Notes: generated by a model from the sequence alone, not told the origin. A stretch of 64,000 nt of DNA from Octopus vulgaris (GCA_951406725.2 OX597820.1:55490001-55554000); one strand, 5' to 3'; shown: positions 12,828-26,105, numbered from the stretch's first letter. Translations and numbers: made by a program.

Positions 12828-13063
12828 GGTGCAGGCATGGCTTTGTGGTAAGAAGCTTAGTTCCCAGCGTCATGGTTCTGGGTTCAGTCCCACTGCATGG
12901 CACCTTAAGCAAATGTCTTCTACTATAACCTCAGGGCCAATCAAAGCTTTATGAGTGGATCTGATAGAGAGAAACTGAAATCCTGGGGTTGATTTATTCA
13001 ACTAAAACCTTTCAAAGCAATGTCCTGGCATGCCCAGTAAAATGGCTGAAACAAGTAAAAGTT
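12828..13063 (+). mobile_element. SINE family A, internally deleted
   Basis: tRNA-like head with A/B boxes, CORE-like segment, GGCTGAAACAAGTAAAAG tail. Confidence 0.75.
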
Positions 13064-13341
13064 AATATATATATATATGTGTGTGTGTGTGTATTTTTCC
13101 CTTGTTAACAATTAACACGGAAAAAATAGATAAATAGTTACCAGGGTAGCAAAAAAATCACGCTAGTAAAAAGGTTGTAACTTCTTGTTTTTAAAGGTAG
13201 ATCCCTCCTCTTTCTATAAGCTACATCTGACGTTATATCCTATAACGTTTTTTTTTAAACAATATTAATAGCGTTCAATCAATCACTATACATATCCATC
13301 ATTTTCTGTTAAAATGTCTTATTGACGAGTTTCATTTCTTC

Positions 13342-13430
13342 ACTTCCCCGAAGAAAAGATTACATTGTTTTACACCATTTTATTCCTTTGGAATAATATC
13401 AATGATATCTTCGAAACATGTGTTGGAAGT
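13342..13430 (+). ncRNA. Degenerate type I hammerhead ribozyme
   Basis: Stem I ACTTCC/GGAAGT, core CCGAAGA (consensus CUGANGA), stem II AAGAT..CATTG/CAATG..ATCTT, GAAA, palindromic stem III ACATGT, GTT cleavage triplet. Confidence 0.6.
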
Positions 13431-13694
13431 AAAAGAATTTGAATAACACCTGCATTTAACTCAATTTATATATATATATATATGTAAACATTATCAACTG
13501 CACATACTCAATGTATGTCGTTTAGTGCTGAGAGTTAAAACATTTGAAAGTCATAAACAGGCAAGACAATTCGTCCAAATCCCAGGAGCAATGGACATTG
13601 ATGTTTTACTAGTGTTGTGGCTTATCAACATCAGGTACCTGAACTGAACTGGGGGTGAATTGAATCACTTAGTCTATGACTATCTAAAAAAGAG

Positions 13695-14025
13695 GAAAGA
13701 TCCCCTTTGGTCATGAATGACCATAGGATTGCAGCTACAAAGTTGCCCTCTGAGACACAAGTTCAGGCAAGATTGTTTGTGGAAGACCAGCAGTCGCCTA
13801 TGCATACCAGTCTCCTCTCTACCTACCACCGATGATATCCAAGGGAAAAGGAAAGGCTGATACAGCTTGGCACCAGTGACATTGCAGCTCATTCCTACAG
13901 GTGAGTGAACTGAAGCAATGTGAAAACAAAGTGTCTTGCTCAAGAACACAACACACAGACCGGTCCAGGAATTAAACTCACTACCACATGATTGTGAGAC
14001 CAACGGTCTAACCACTAAGTCATGA
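13695..14025 (-). mobile_element. tRNA-derived SINE (family C1)
   Basis: Reverse complement of CATGACTTAGTGGTTAG..TTCTTGAGCAAGACACTTT..GGTCATTCATGACCAAAG; homologous to 31185..31510 and 38022..38355. Confidence 0.8.
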
Positions 14026-14557
14026 CTAGATACAAATAGTGTAAAAACTATTTGCTGGCATGCCATAGTGATCCATACGTAAGACTAAATTCAATTATGA
14101 AATAGAAACAGCACTAGTGTTGCAAACATTATTGACCACACATACTCAATGTATGAGACTTGCTTGTTTGCCAGTAGGCTGCTGTTTGACAATAATAAGA
14201 ATGGAGAATATCACATTATTATTTGATGGTTACACCATACAGGACTGAAGATTGTTTGTATTGTGCCAGCATATTATAGAAAATGATACAAAATACCAAC
14301 CACTTTAATATCCAAAATTTATGGTGTTATTATCAAATAAAGGATGTGATATTCACCATTCCTGTTGTTATAATATACACTGGATTTCTTCCAATTCTTC
14401 TAAGAATTTGGTTTTACTTATCATACCAGAGGAATTAGCATGGGTGTTAATTCCATTTGGATCTAATGGTATCTGGTTGTTTGATGTAGTTAACCAAGTC
14501 TGTTAACCAAGTTTGCTTTCTAGATAGCTGTCTGAAATTATTAATCCATATTCCCTG

Positions 14558-14612
<55 letters not shown>

Positions 14613-14626
14613 AGTATGTATGTATA

Positions 14627-14838
14627 AGGCAGCGAGCAGGCAGAATCGTTAGCATACCAGACAAAATGCTTAGAGGCATTTCATCTGTCTTCACATTCTG
14701 TGTTTAAATTCTGCCAATGTCGACTGTGCCATCTGTCCTTTCAGGATCAATAGATAAGTAACAGTTGAATACTGGGATCTATATAATCAACTAAGCCCCA
14801 TCCCAAAATTGCTGGCCTTGTGCCGAAATTTGAAACCC
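14627..14838 (+). mobile_element. tRNA-derived SINE (family B)
   Basis: GGCAGCGAGCAGGCAGAATCGTTAGCA head; GGCCTTGTGCCGAAATTTGAAAC tail. Confidence 0.8.
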
Positions 14839-14865
14839 TTATAAGTTTACTCACTCATCTATATA

Positions 14866-14896
<31 letters not shown>

Positions 14897-15087
14897 TGTA
14901 GTAGGTACATGAAAGCAGTGTTGTGAATAAACAAAAATTTTGATCAGTTCAAATGTGTTTGGAACATATTTGACCTGTAAAAGGCTGTATTCACTATGGT
15001 CTATCACGGACAAAACATTCTCTCTTGAGAGTGAACATTAAAATGATGATGATGATACCTCTGTGTGTTTGTGTGTATGTATATATA

Positions 15088-15136
<49 letters not shown>

Positions 15137-15139
15137 ATA

Positions 15140-15340
15140 TATGACCTCGTGAGTACCGCTGGCGATTTTTCCTCTGTCTTCCCTTCTCGGGATCTTTCCG
15201 TCTCCTATGCTTCCGACGAAGAGCTCCGCTCGAATTGTTAAACCCTCCTTCTTCCCTTAGCGTCCAATAATACTTTATTTCTTCCACGTCCCCGCATTGT
15301 TGTGTTTTTTTGTTTTTTTGTGTTTTCTTGTTTGGATTAA
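15140..15340 (+). repeat. Penelope-pLTR-like relic with degenerate minimal hammerhead
   Basis: CCGACGAA-GAGC-TCC-GCTC-GAATTGTTA at 15213..15240. Confidence 0.4.
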
Positions 15341-15360
15341 CTATATATATATATATATAT

Positions 15361-15449
15361 ATATAAATTATATTAGAGATAAAACCACTATTAGGCAAAT
15401 CCCTGTTTGATTTGCCTAATAGTGGTTTTATCTCTAATATAATTTATAT
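15361..15449. repeat. Perfect 41-bp inverted repeat with 7-nt spacer
   Basis: ATATAAATTATATTAGAGATAAAACCACTATTAGGCAAATC-cctgttt-exact reverse complement. Confidence 0.95.
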
Positions 15450-15533
15450 TTATACTGTGAAATTTGATTTAATCTTAAATCTAATTTTTCCCTGTAAATT
15501 TGGATTTACTCCCTAATATTATTATTATTATAT

Positions 15534-15535
<2 letters not shown>

Positions 15536-15567
<32 letters not shown>

Positions 15568-18507
15568 CTAGTTTCAGCTCATGAGCTGTGGCCATGCTGG
15601 GGCACTGCCATTTGGTGTTGCTACTTGGTTTTACTTCACGAAAGCTTTTTAGCAATTGCCATTTGGTGCATGAGAGAGTTCGATGCAGCTGCCCTCATCT
15701 GCACCTCCTGCCGTGAAGTTGGTTCATCTGGGACACCTGATAGGAAGAGATCCAGTTCCATTTTAAAGACATCTGCATCCACCCCATGCAGGTCTCTCAG
15801 GTTCTTCGGGAGGATATTGAAGAGCTGTGGGCCTCGGAAGCCCAGGCTATCACAGTATCTTGTCCTACATCTTGATGGCAAATTTGGAGTCCTAGGCACC
15901 ACGCAGTGGCGCCCAGTTCTGGCATTTGTGTAACTCTCGATGCCAAAGTTTGGGACACATCCCTCAAGGATCTTCCAGATGTATATTATGGCATATCTCT
16001 CCCGCCTACGCTCCAAGGAATATAGTTTTAATCTCTTGAGTCTTTCCCAGTAGCTCACATTCTGCATAGAGGCTATCTTCTTTGTGTAGCTACGCTGGAT
16101 CGCCTTGAGCTCTGTGATCAACTTGACACTGGATGGTGACCATAACTGAGAGCAGTAGTCAAAGCGGCTTAGGACAAGTGTCCTCCAGAGGACCATCATG
16201 GTTTCTTGTTCTCTTGTTCTAAAGGTTCTGAGAATCCATCCGGCCAGACGTCTACATTTCATTGCCAATTTAGCAACATGTACACGAAAGGTTGCATCAT
16301 CACTCATGTAAATACCCAGGTCACGCACTGATTGTGCCTCTGGGATTGCTATTCCTCCGGGTCCAGTGTATTCATTGGGTATTGCATTCAGTTTTGCATG
16401 CTGATAGTATAAAGCTTGAAACTTTTCAGCATTGAACTGCATGCTATTCTTTTCAGCCCACTTTTCAGCTCACATTGCAGGCGTTTAGTGTCCTCAGGGT
16501 TCTGTATTGCCTGTGAAACTTTTGTATCATCTGCATAACTTGTGATCGTGGCTCTCTGCGTGGCTGAGGGCATGTCTGAGAGGGCCATTATGAACAGTAG
16601 TGGTCCCAGAACAGTGCCCTGCGGAACACCGCTCACTATTTGCGTGTTAATGGAAGTGGCCCCATTGGCTACTACCACCTGACTTCTATCTTTCAGAAAG
16701 TCATGAAGCCATTCTCCCAGTTTTCCAACTATGTTGAGATCACGCAGTTTGTGACATATCATTCCATGATCGACTTTATCAAAGGCCTTTGCAAAGTCGA
16801 GATATATCACTTCCACATTTGAGTGGTTGAGCAGCCGTTTCAGCACCCAGTCATAGTGTTGTAGGAGCTGAGTTAAACAGCTTCTCCCTGGTCGGAAACC
16901 ATGTTGGGTGTCGGGCAGCAAGTCATTTTCTTCAAGGAAGGTGATCAGTTTCCTTCTGACTATTCGTTCCATGACCTTGCTGATGTGTGAGGTCAGAGAG
17001 ATAGGTCTGTAGTTCTTGGCCTCCGCTCTGCTACCTCCTTTATGAATGGGGCATATTTTACCTTCCTTCAATTTTCTTGGAAGTTTGCCAGCTGCAAGGA
17101 AGCTCTGAAAGAGGAACTGCAGTGGTCTTGCTAGGACTCTCTTACATGCTTTTAGGAGGATTGCCGGGAATCCATCGGGGCCAGTAGCTGAGTCTGTTTT
17201 CATTTCATCTATAGCCTTTATTACATCGTCTTCCTTTATATCGATGTAATTTATCGTCACCGCCTCTGATTTTATATCTGCAGTGGTAAAGAAGTCAGTT
17301 GGATTGGTGATTTGGAAATGCCCAAGGGGTGGAGTGAAAACACTCTTGAATTGCTCATTCAGTATTTCACTTACCCTCATTGGTTTTCCTGTGAGTGTGC
17401 CATCCTTTTCAAGGAGTGGCCCTATTCTACAGTGCACCGTAGCTGTCTCTTTGGCATACCTGTAGAAAGCTCTGGGGTTAGATTTTATGTTGTCTATAGC
17501 CCAGGCTTCTTTGTCTGCTCTTTCCTTTTCATGGGAGAGTTGCAGACATTTTTCAATTTCCACCAGTTTTATTTTTAGGCGGGACTTTTCACTGCTTTCA
17601 ATCTGTTTGTTTAGGCGATTTGAAATTTTTGTACGCCGTCTCATTAAAATTTTCCTCTCTCTGGGGATTTTGTTCTTGTGTACAGTGGCCTTTCTCTCTG
17701 GGACACATTTGTAGCATATGGCTTGCATTACAGACATGAATTGTTGAAGTTTCACGTCGATGTCTGGCGAGGAGAGACATTTAGACCAGTCTTGTTTGAG
17801 GATCTCTTTCTCAATTTGTTTCCAGTTTGCCTTATGGTAGTTCAAGCTGGAAAGATTCTGAGGGTTTCTTGTAGGCTGCATGTCCGTGCTCTCTTTTGGC
17901 CCGTACATGGTCAGCTCTACCATGTTGTGATCCGAGAGTAGTGTCGGTGTCACTTTCACATTATGGATGAGATCCATGTCATTTGTGAAGCAGAGATCCA
18001 GTGTGTTACCTGCCCTGGTTGGTTGGAGTATTACTTGCTCCATGTACAGGGTGTTGATGAGGTTCAGGAGGGACCTCGCCTGTCCTCGTTCACATCTTGT
18101 CATTCCTGGGAGAGAAAGGCCCTCGGGCCATCTGACATTGGGTAGATTGAAGTCTCCCATAAGAAGTACACTTATGTGTTGTTCTAATGTGATTAGAACT
18201 TCTATTTTTATAAGGCAGTCTTCAAACTTGCCCACATGGCTTGGGGCATCTGGAGGGCGATATGTAGCACACACAACTACATCAAGTTGCCTTATATGTA
18301 CAACTAGTGTGTCACACACCGAGTTTGAGTATGACAGGAGGACCTGGGGTGTGAGGTCCTCACGGATGTACATAGCAACTCCTCCATGACTCCTTTCTTT
18401 TCTGTCGGTCCGTAGTACAACATACTGTGGTATGTGTAACTCCGCATCTGATATGTCCGGTTTCAGGTGCGTTTCCGTAAGTGCTATGCATAAGGCTTGA
18501 TTGCATG

Positions 18508-18510
<3 letters not shown>
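15536..18510 (-). mobile_element. CR1-clade LINE, 5'-truncated, with (AATC)n tail
   Basis: APE motifs (LTETHL, GGVAMY, YRPP, GDFN, LDL, SDH), RT motifs (NYRPISLTS, QHGFR, DFAKAFDKV, GVPQGTVLGP, YADD), CR1 C-terminus YCSQLWSP..SLERRR; (GATT)n on + strand at 15536..15567. Confidence 0.95.
15636..18510 (-). pseudogene. CR1 ORF2 (APE-RT) with one frameshift near 16460
   Basis: ORFs 16388..18373 and 15636..16442 together give a nearly complete ORF2; EN motifs continue upstream to ~18510. Confidence 0.9.
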
Positions 18511-18545
<35 letters not shown>

Positions 18546-18869
18546 CGTAAGGTGTATTAGCCATCTGAATGTGGCTAGCCACTGGGGGGGGGTTACTGAT
18601 GCTTTTAGCCCCAGGCGATCAACATCACCAGAAGGACTTTAGACACTATCTCAGTGCCCTTGTGTTATTTGCAAAGGGAGGTCATCCTCCCTCGAAGACC
18701 CGAGTACTACATACGGACTATAGTTTCAAGGTAATTGCCTCTCGTCAACGCATGGTAAGTACCAGTTTTCGATGAAGGAGTCCCCTTGCAAATAAATATA
18801 TAACGTTTTTCACAGCAACCACTGCTAGTTCGAATGAAAAGGAATTGTCACAGCAAGAAAAGTTGGACC

Positions 18870-19705
18870 TAAGAAGCATCAGATGTGGTGTGCAAGAGAG
18901 ATGACTGTGCTGGTTTGGTCATGTAGTGAGAATGGATGAGGATAGCTGTGTGGAAATGTGCCACACCCTAGCGGTTGAGGAAACCTGTGGGAGAGGTAGA
19001 CCCAGGAAGACCTGAGATGAAGTGGTGAAGCACGACCTTCGAACATTAGGCCTCACAGAGGCAATGACTAGCAACCGAGACTTTTGGAAATATGCTGTGC
19101 TTGAGAAGACCTGGCAAGACAAATGAGACCATAACCTCGTAGCCAATGCCAAGGGTGTAGCTAGCCCATGCGTACCTTTCCTTCATTGGACACTAAACTC
19201 TGCTTGCGAAGACCTGTTGAGGCAAGTGAAATCGAAATTAAATTCGATGACTGGCATCCGTGCTAGTGAAGCACTAAGAGCACCATCTGAGCATGATCAT
19301 TGACAGAGCGGCTAACTGGCTTCTGTGCCAGTGGCACGTAAAAAGCACCATTCGAACGTGATCATTACCAGTGTCACCTTACTGACACTCATGACACATG
19401 AAAAAACATTCGAGTGAGGTCGTTGCCAGTGCCGCTGCACTGGTTCCTGTGCAGGTGGCATGTAAAAAACACCATTTGAGCATGGCCATTGCCAGTACTG
19501 CCTGACTGGCCCTCGTTCCGGTGGTACGTAAAAGCACCCACTACACTCTCGGAGTGGTTGGCGTTAGGAAGGGCATCCAGCAGTAAAAACTCTGCCAGAT
19601 CAAGATTGGAGCCTGGTGCAGCCATCTTGTTTGCCAGTCCTCAGTCAAATCGTCCAACCCATGCTAGCATGGAAAGTGGACGTTAAACGATGATGATGAT
19701 GATGA
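18870..19705 (+). mobile_element. RTE-clade LINE 3' end (ORF2 C-terminus plus 3' UTR)
   Basis: LCWFGHVVRM..RGRPRKT*DEVVKHDL typical of the RTE C-terminus, followed by subrepeat UTR and (GAT)n. Confidence 0.85.
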
Positions 19706-20761
19706 TATATATATATATAGATGATGATGTAATATATGAATCAGAAGAAAACAGCATTGGTTGCAGTTTATTAGGTTTATTAGTCAGATTAGTTCAGGAA
19801 ACAATTTTTGCACTTTTGTTTTGCTTTAAATGTTTTACATCTATAATGGGTTAGTTTGTCCTAGAAACAATTATTTACATTTTGTAGCTTATTTTTCTGT
19901 GTATGCAATCATTATTTGGCTAATTGGTCTGTTTGTTTTGTCTGAGAGGGAAACTGGAGCAAGTAGGATTAAATACTTTGCAAACAGTGCTACACGGGAG
20001 TTTAGATAGATTTGTATGAAGTGTGGAGAAGGGGGAATCTGATGTTTGTTTTGTAGTTGTCCCTTCATTGAGAGAGAGAGATTTGTATTTTTAGGCAAAG
20101 AATGGAACAGCAGCGACAGATCAGATATTTTTTGTTGCATTTTCATCAGAAGTCACTCCCAACTAAATAGCAAACAAGCAGAAAAAAAAAAGACAAGCAA
20201 CCACTTCATTCATTAGGAGTTACAAAAAGAAAAAGACAAAGAAAATGAAGAAAAATCAAATTAAAAACATCCTAAGAATCGTAAAATAATCAACTAAGGA
20301 TTTAAAAGAATTAGGATTGTATTTTACCGAAGAAACAAGGAGGAAGAGAGTTCCATAAAACAGTTGTTCACGGAAAGAAACTATAAGAGAATAGACACTT
20401 CTTAGAGGGGGAGAGAACATCAGTGAAAAGATGAGAATTAGCAAAAAGCTGAGTCACTTGATAAGTAACCTTAAGAGGAAGTTACAAGAGAAATTTGGCA
20501 GAACAACATATATGGAAGTATTTATAAACTCGAGATAAAGAAGTAATGACACACACAAGAAGAGAGTGTTTCAAGATTAATTGCCGAAACTGGACAAATA
20601 ACGTTAGATCCTGCTTCTGAACTTGATTAAGGAGAAAAAGAAGCCCAGTAGAAACATCAGCTTAGGTGTGGCAACAATATTCCATATCATCATCATTTAG
20701 CATTCCATATAAGGATGAATAAAAGACTGGTAGAATTGAAAATTACATTGAGAGTAAAGAT

Positions 20762-20980
20762 AATCCTTTCCCCTATAGGCACAAGGCCTGGATTTTGTGG
20801 GGAGAAGGACAGTCGATTACATCGACCCCAGTACTCAACTGGTACTTGATTTATCGACCCTGAAAGGATGAAAGGCAAAGTTGATGTCAGCAGAATTTGA
20901 ACTCAGAACGTAGCAGCAGACGAAATACCATTAAGCATTTCGTCCGGCATGCTAACGAGTCTGTCAGTTTGCTGCCTTAT
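20762..20980 (-). mobile_element. SINE family B
   Basis: Reverse complement of TTTGCCTTTCATCCTTTCAGGGTCGATAAAT..GTACCAGTT. Confidence 0.8.
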
Positions 20981-21293
20981 TGAGAGAAAAGATAATGAAG
21001 CCTAACCCTCAAGGTGGTGGATTTAGCAATATATGTCTAAATATATGGTAGAATGTACAGTAGAATGATTATATTTTACCGTAAAAACCCATGTAATTTA
21101 TGCAAATTTTTTTCGCAAAAACAAAAAAAGCTTTAGTGAGTGCATAAATTACATGAATAGATTGGTTCCAGAATTTTTTTAGAAATTTTTTTTGTTGAAA
21201 AATGTCATACAAATGTGAACATTCATACTGGAAGTTGACTCATTTAATGTCAGAATAGGTTTTTACAGAAAAAATACAATGAAATTGACTTTT

Positions 21294-21829
21294 AATAATG
21301 AAAAATTTAGTAGAATAACTTTGTCATTTTAATGGGTTTGGGGAACATAAATTAAGTTCTGATGGAAGATTTTAATTCAGAAAACGAGATATTTGTAACA
21401 CAGTGCAAGGAGCAGTCTGAAGTCAGATGGTATCAAAAGGGTTAAGGATACTGTCAAGCAGAACCTAAAAGATCTGTCTCCTCTACTCACAAGTGGTGCC
21501 AGCTAGCTAGTGATTGCGACACCGGACCAGATATGATATATGTATGTATGATGATGATGATGATATGTATACATACATACATATATCATATCTGGTCCGG
21601 TGTCGCAATCACTAGCTAGCTGGCACCACTTGTGAGTAGAGGTAGACAGATCTTTTAGGTTCTGCTTGACAGTATCCTTAACCCTTTTGATACCATCTGA
21701 CTTCAGACTGCTCCTTGCACTGTGTTACAAATATCTCGTTTTCTGAATTAAAATCTTCCATCAGAACTTAATTTATGTTTCCCAAACCCATTAAAATGAC
21801 AAAGTTATTCTACTAAATTCTTCATTATT
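21294..21829. repeat. Long near-perfect inverted duplication (~257-bp arms, ~21-bp microsatellite spacer)
   Basis: 21294..21550 is the reverse complement of 21572..21829 with ~3 differences. Confidence 0.95.
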
Positions 21830-21891
21830 TTCAAAATTAAATGAAGTAAAGAGAGAGTGTCTCAACAGAAATATGGTAACAAAAGGGTTAA
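21678..21891. mobile_element. piggyBac-type MITE
   Basis: TTAA-CCCTTTTGATACCA ... TGGTAACAAAAGGG-TTAA. Confidence 0.8.
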
Positions 21892-22358
21892 ATCTCAATT
21901 GGGGTGGACCAATCTTTCAATAGCCATTTGCCAATTGTAAGAACAGGACTTTTGTTGGGAGTCTGTCATTGCCAAATCTAGCAATGTGGCCTATATATAA
22001 ATTTGAGAGTAAAGAATGAACTGAAATGGTTTCATATGCATTTGTCCACACACCTGCCTGATGACCGGTATTGGTGTGTTTACATCCCAGTCACTTAGTG
22101 GTTTGGCTAAAGAGGCCAATAGAATGAAGTTTCAAGACATCATCTAAGAGGTTCAGGCATGGACTAAAAACCACTCTTCTTGTCTACATCAATAGATAGT
22201 GTATGAACCGAAAGCTGTATGTGTGTGTGTGCCTGTTTATATATATATATATATCCTAACACATACATACACAAATATAAAACAAGCACTGATACAAACT
22301 GCTTATATTCAGACATAGACAGTATATATGAAACACACAGATATATATATACAGCCAT

Positions 22359-22745
22359 AGGCACAGGAGTGGCTGTGTGGTAAGTAGCTTGCTTACAAAT
22401 CACATGGTTCTGGGTTCAGTCCTACTGTGTGGTATCTTGGGCAAGTGTCTTCTACTATAGCCTTGGGCTGACCAAAGCCTTGTGAGTGGATTTGGTAGAC
22501 GGGAACTGAAAGAAGCCCGTCATATATATGTATATATATGTGTGTCTGTGTTTGTCCCCCCAACATCGCTTGACGGCCGATGCTGGTTTGTTTATGTCCC
22601 CATAACTTAGTAGTTTGGCAAAAGAGATCGATAGAATAAGTACTAGGCTTACAAAGAATAAGTCCTGGGGTCAATTGGCTCGATTAAAGGTGGTGCTGCA
22701 GCATGGCCACAGTCAAACGACTGAAACAAGTAAAAGAGTAAAAGA
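22359..22745 (+). mobile_element. SINE family A, full length
   Basis: tRNA head, CORE-like CTTGGGCAAGTGTC, internal microsatellite, CR1-like tail CAGCATGGCCACAGTCAAACGACTGAAAC(AAGTAAAAG)n. Confidence 0.88.
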
Positions 22746-23799
22746 TATATATATATATATATATAGTACAAAAACATATACACATATAAACAAACTTACA
22801 AAGTAAAGAGAAAAGCAAAATATGATTATAATTATTAAGTCAGGAAGAATATTGTCATAATTATGTCTATCATTATCCCTTCTAACCACACCTAATCTGC
22901 AATTAAAATGATCATTAATATCATCTCAACTTGCACCAAAATCAACAATGAAATTGACTCTGCAAAAATGACAGATATGCTATAAATAGTAGCCAAATTC
23001 TGAGTCACATTCAACTCCCTTTGATAGGGATACATCAGATAATGTAATCTTGAATACAGTATGTCTGGGGTGTTGGGGGTGTGGCAGAGAAATGAGAGAT
23101 GGTTATGGTTAGAGCAACTTTAATCAAAGGTCTGCTTAACTGAAGTGAACCAGAACAAGGCTGCTGCACCAGCAACAATAACAGAAGTAACATCACTGAA
23201 GGTGCCTCTAAAAGATCACTTGATCTGTTCGAAACAGCAGCCAAATATTACTCAATATATACCCAACAGTCAGTCTTGAAGGGTTATGCATTTAATAATG
23301 TATTCCAAGACATAGTATGTCTGAAAATCAAGTGGGATAGACATAGTTGGAATGTTTTTGACCATAGGCTTCCCTGATCAGGACTGTCTTGGAACAAAAC
23401 ATCAACAACACTTTCGACACTATCAACACTCCAACTACCACCAACACCACTATCTACAACAGCATTAACCTCATGTGAACAATGGAACTTCTACATGGTC
23501 GCTCACCCTGCTAGAAATAGCAACCACACACTACCCTCTTAGAAACAGACACAAACGGTAATGCAGTTTGGAGTGCAGGGGTGGAGAAAAGCAACAAAAA
23601 AATAAAGAGAGTGAGGGGTCATCATAGCTTGAATACTTTTGATCACCTTGAGCTAATTAAGGCTAATCAATAACATCGTTATCACCATCCACTACCATAT
23701 TACCATAAACAAATACAGCCTTTATATCTCCCACCATCTTCACGACTGACTTCATATCTACCACCACCACCATCATCATTACTACCAACAAATCAGCAT

Positions 23800-23965
23800 T
23801 ATATCGACCCCAGTGTATAAGTATAACTGGTACTTATTTAATCGACCCCGAAAGGATGAAAGGCAAAGTCGACCTCGGCAGAATTTGAACTCAGAATGTA
23901 GCGGCAGACGAAATACTGCTAAGCATTTCGCCTGGCGTGCTAACGTTTCTGCCAGCTTGCCGCCA
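23800..23965 (-). mobile_element. SINE family B
   Basis: Well-conserved head and central domain on the minus strand. Confidence 0.82.
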
Positions 23966-25134
23966 TCAACCATACCATGTCCACCACAGATTTATCATAC
24001 AATCAACACGAGCACCAAAACCATAATTATGTCAAAGATGTAAGTTGCATAGGTAAGATAGAAGGGGTACAAAAGCAGAAGGGTTTGTTAATGAGAAGGT
24101 CATGATCATGAAGACCCAAGTAGAACACGGAGAATAAGAAGTCGATCCCCAACGACTATATCACTTCCAGTCACCTTAAAAAGCAACAACTACTTTCATT
24201 ACATACAGCACACACATAAATATGCACGCATGCACACACACACATACAAAGAAGGCATTATTACTTGTCTTGAAGTCCCATCCAACACCACCAGTCACCA
24301 TAATCACCAAAGCCACCAATAATTCCACAACAATAAACCATTACTAAGCCCACTGCTACAACCCTTATCCCCATAACGGCGACATCAACAACGGCCGCAG
24401 CTGCTGTCGCCAGCACCACCGCCACCACCACCAGTTTGCTTGCTCCTGCAATCACAACTTTTTTATACAGCCGTTTACTCACTTTCTTTCAACAACAGTA
24501 GTGACATATGACTCACTTCAGATTTACAGGTTGTCTGAGTCATGACATGACCTGCATTTCCTTCTTCAGTCATTGTCATGAGGCCCGGATCAGTCACTCA
24601 GATACGACAGAACCTTGATTCACAGCCCAATTTTGAATCATGCCACACTACACCAACACTCTAAGAAGCTCTGACTTTCTACAAGTCAACTTTAATTTGC
24701 TGGCCAATCCTGAGACATTATCACAAGAAGACTGGTTTTTTAGTCTCTGCCTGTACCTCTGCCAGAAACCCTAGCCTTTCATCCAACCCCAATCTTACTA
24801 TCCACTCCTTATTCAAAACTCCCTACCTCAACCAACCTCGATCTTAGATGACGTCCTGAAACTTCATTCAATATGAAACCATTTCAGTTTATTCTTTACT
24901 CTCAAATCTTTGGCTAACAGTCACATTTATTCAAGTGAACACTGAGTGTGTTGCATCATGACCAATCTCTGAAGTCTTATGAATCTCTAAAGTCTTATGA
25001 AGCCATTAACCGCAGACACTCAGATGCCTGGATTCTTCATCCATCACACCAACACAAGTTCTACAACCAAAGGAGATTTATTTTCATCTATAGTAGTAGT
25101 AGTAGTAGTAGTAGTAGTTGTTGTTGTTGTTTTA

Positions 25135-25360
25135 CTTATGTTTTATTGCTGTTGTTTAACTCCAAATTTACTCTGATCAAACAAACATGATCAAATGTGT
25201 TCCAGTCATGACCACCCAGTCTTTTACTTACAGACACAGTGTATCTAGGTCAACATTATCCAATGTGGCCTTCCTTCTTTTTAAAACTGCAGAATGTTAC
25301 TTAAAGATAATTAGGTCACTATTTCTAGCAGCTTGAACAATTAGACAGAGGCTCATTACT
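25135..25360 (-). mobile_element. Old interspersed repeat with (CAA)n tail (family F; relatives near 11070, 23230, 23500, 34320, 34530, 38420, 39930, 40400, 52100)
   Basis: Recurrent TTGTTTARCCCCAGGT..GATCAAA..TTCCAGTCATGACC..CTATTTCTAGCAG motifs. Confidence 0.55.
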
Positions 25361-25819
25361 TGTGTGCATTATACATAAGTGTAAAGTTATGTACTTGTGT
25401 GCTATATGCATTAAAATGACCATGTGTCTATGTGATTGTAAATGGATAGTGTGTGCACTCTGTACTTTTGAATATGTGTTTATGTTCATATATGAATGTG
25501 TGAGTGTACATGTGTAAATACAATCCTTATATACAGTTGTAAGTACATGTGCATGTATGCATTCAGTAACCATGTTTGATTGCATATAAGATGTACTTGT
25601 TTTTCCAAAAATGTCCCCCAAAATCACCCTGGGGCTTATATGTAAAACTGGACTGTCAATAAGCAAATTTTGTCCATGAATGCCCTAATTACTTTTTTCC
25701 CCCAAATATGTGCAGCTGAAATTTAAGTGATGCCCCAGCGTGGTTGCAGCTCTGTAGCTGAAACTAGTAAAAGAGTTTCTCATATGCCCGTGCATATTTC
25801 ATGGCATCTAATACAGTAC

Positions 25820-26054
25820 ACGTGTGCATGTGTGTATGTGTGAGTGTGCATGCGCATGTGTGTATGTGTGAATGTGCATGTGCATGTGTGAGTGTGCATG
25901 CGCGAGTATGCATGCGCATATGTGAGTGTGCATGCGCATGTGTGTATGTGTGAGTGTGCATGCGCATGTGTGTATGTGTGAGTGTGCGTGTGCATGTGTG
26001 TGTCTGTCAATAAATGAATGTGTTTGTGCATGTATGTTTGTTGACAAATGTATA

Positions 26055-26105
<51 letters not shown>

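Noticed and set aside
18546-18845. GC-richer segment between the CR1 and RTE pieces, considered as a 5' UTR or HDV-like ribozyme
   Set aside because: Could not build the nested double pseudoknot or assign it to either element by eye
20150-20700. Purine-rich stretch suspected to be a Penelope GIY-YIG relic
   Set aside because: No convincing motif recoverable in any frame
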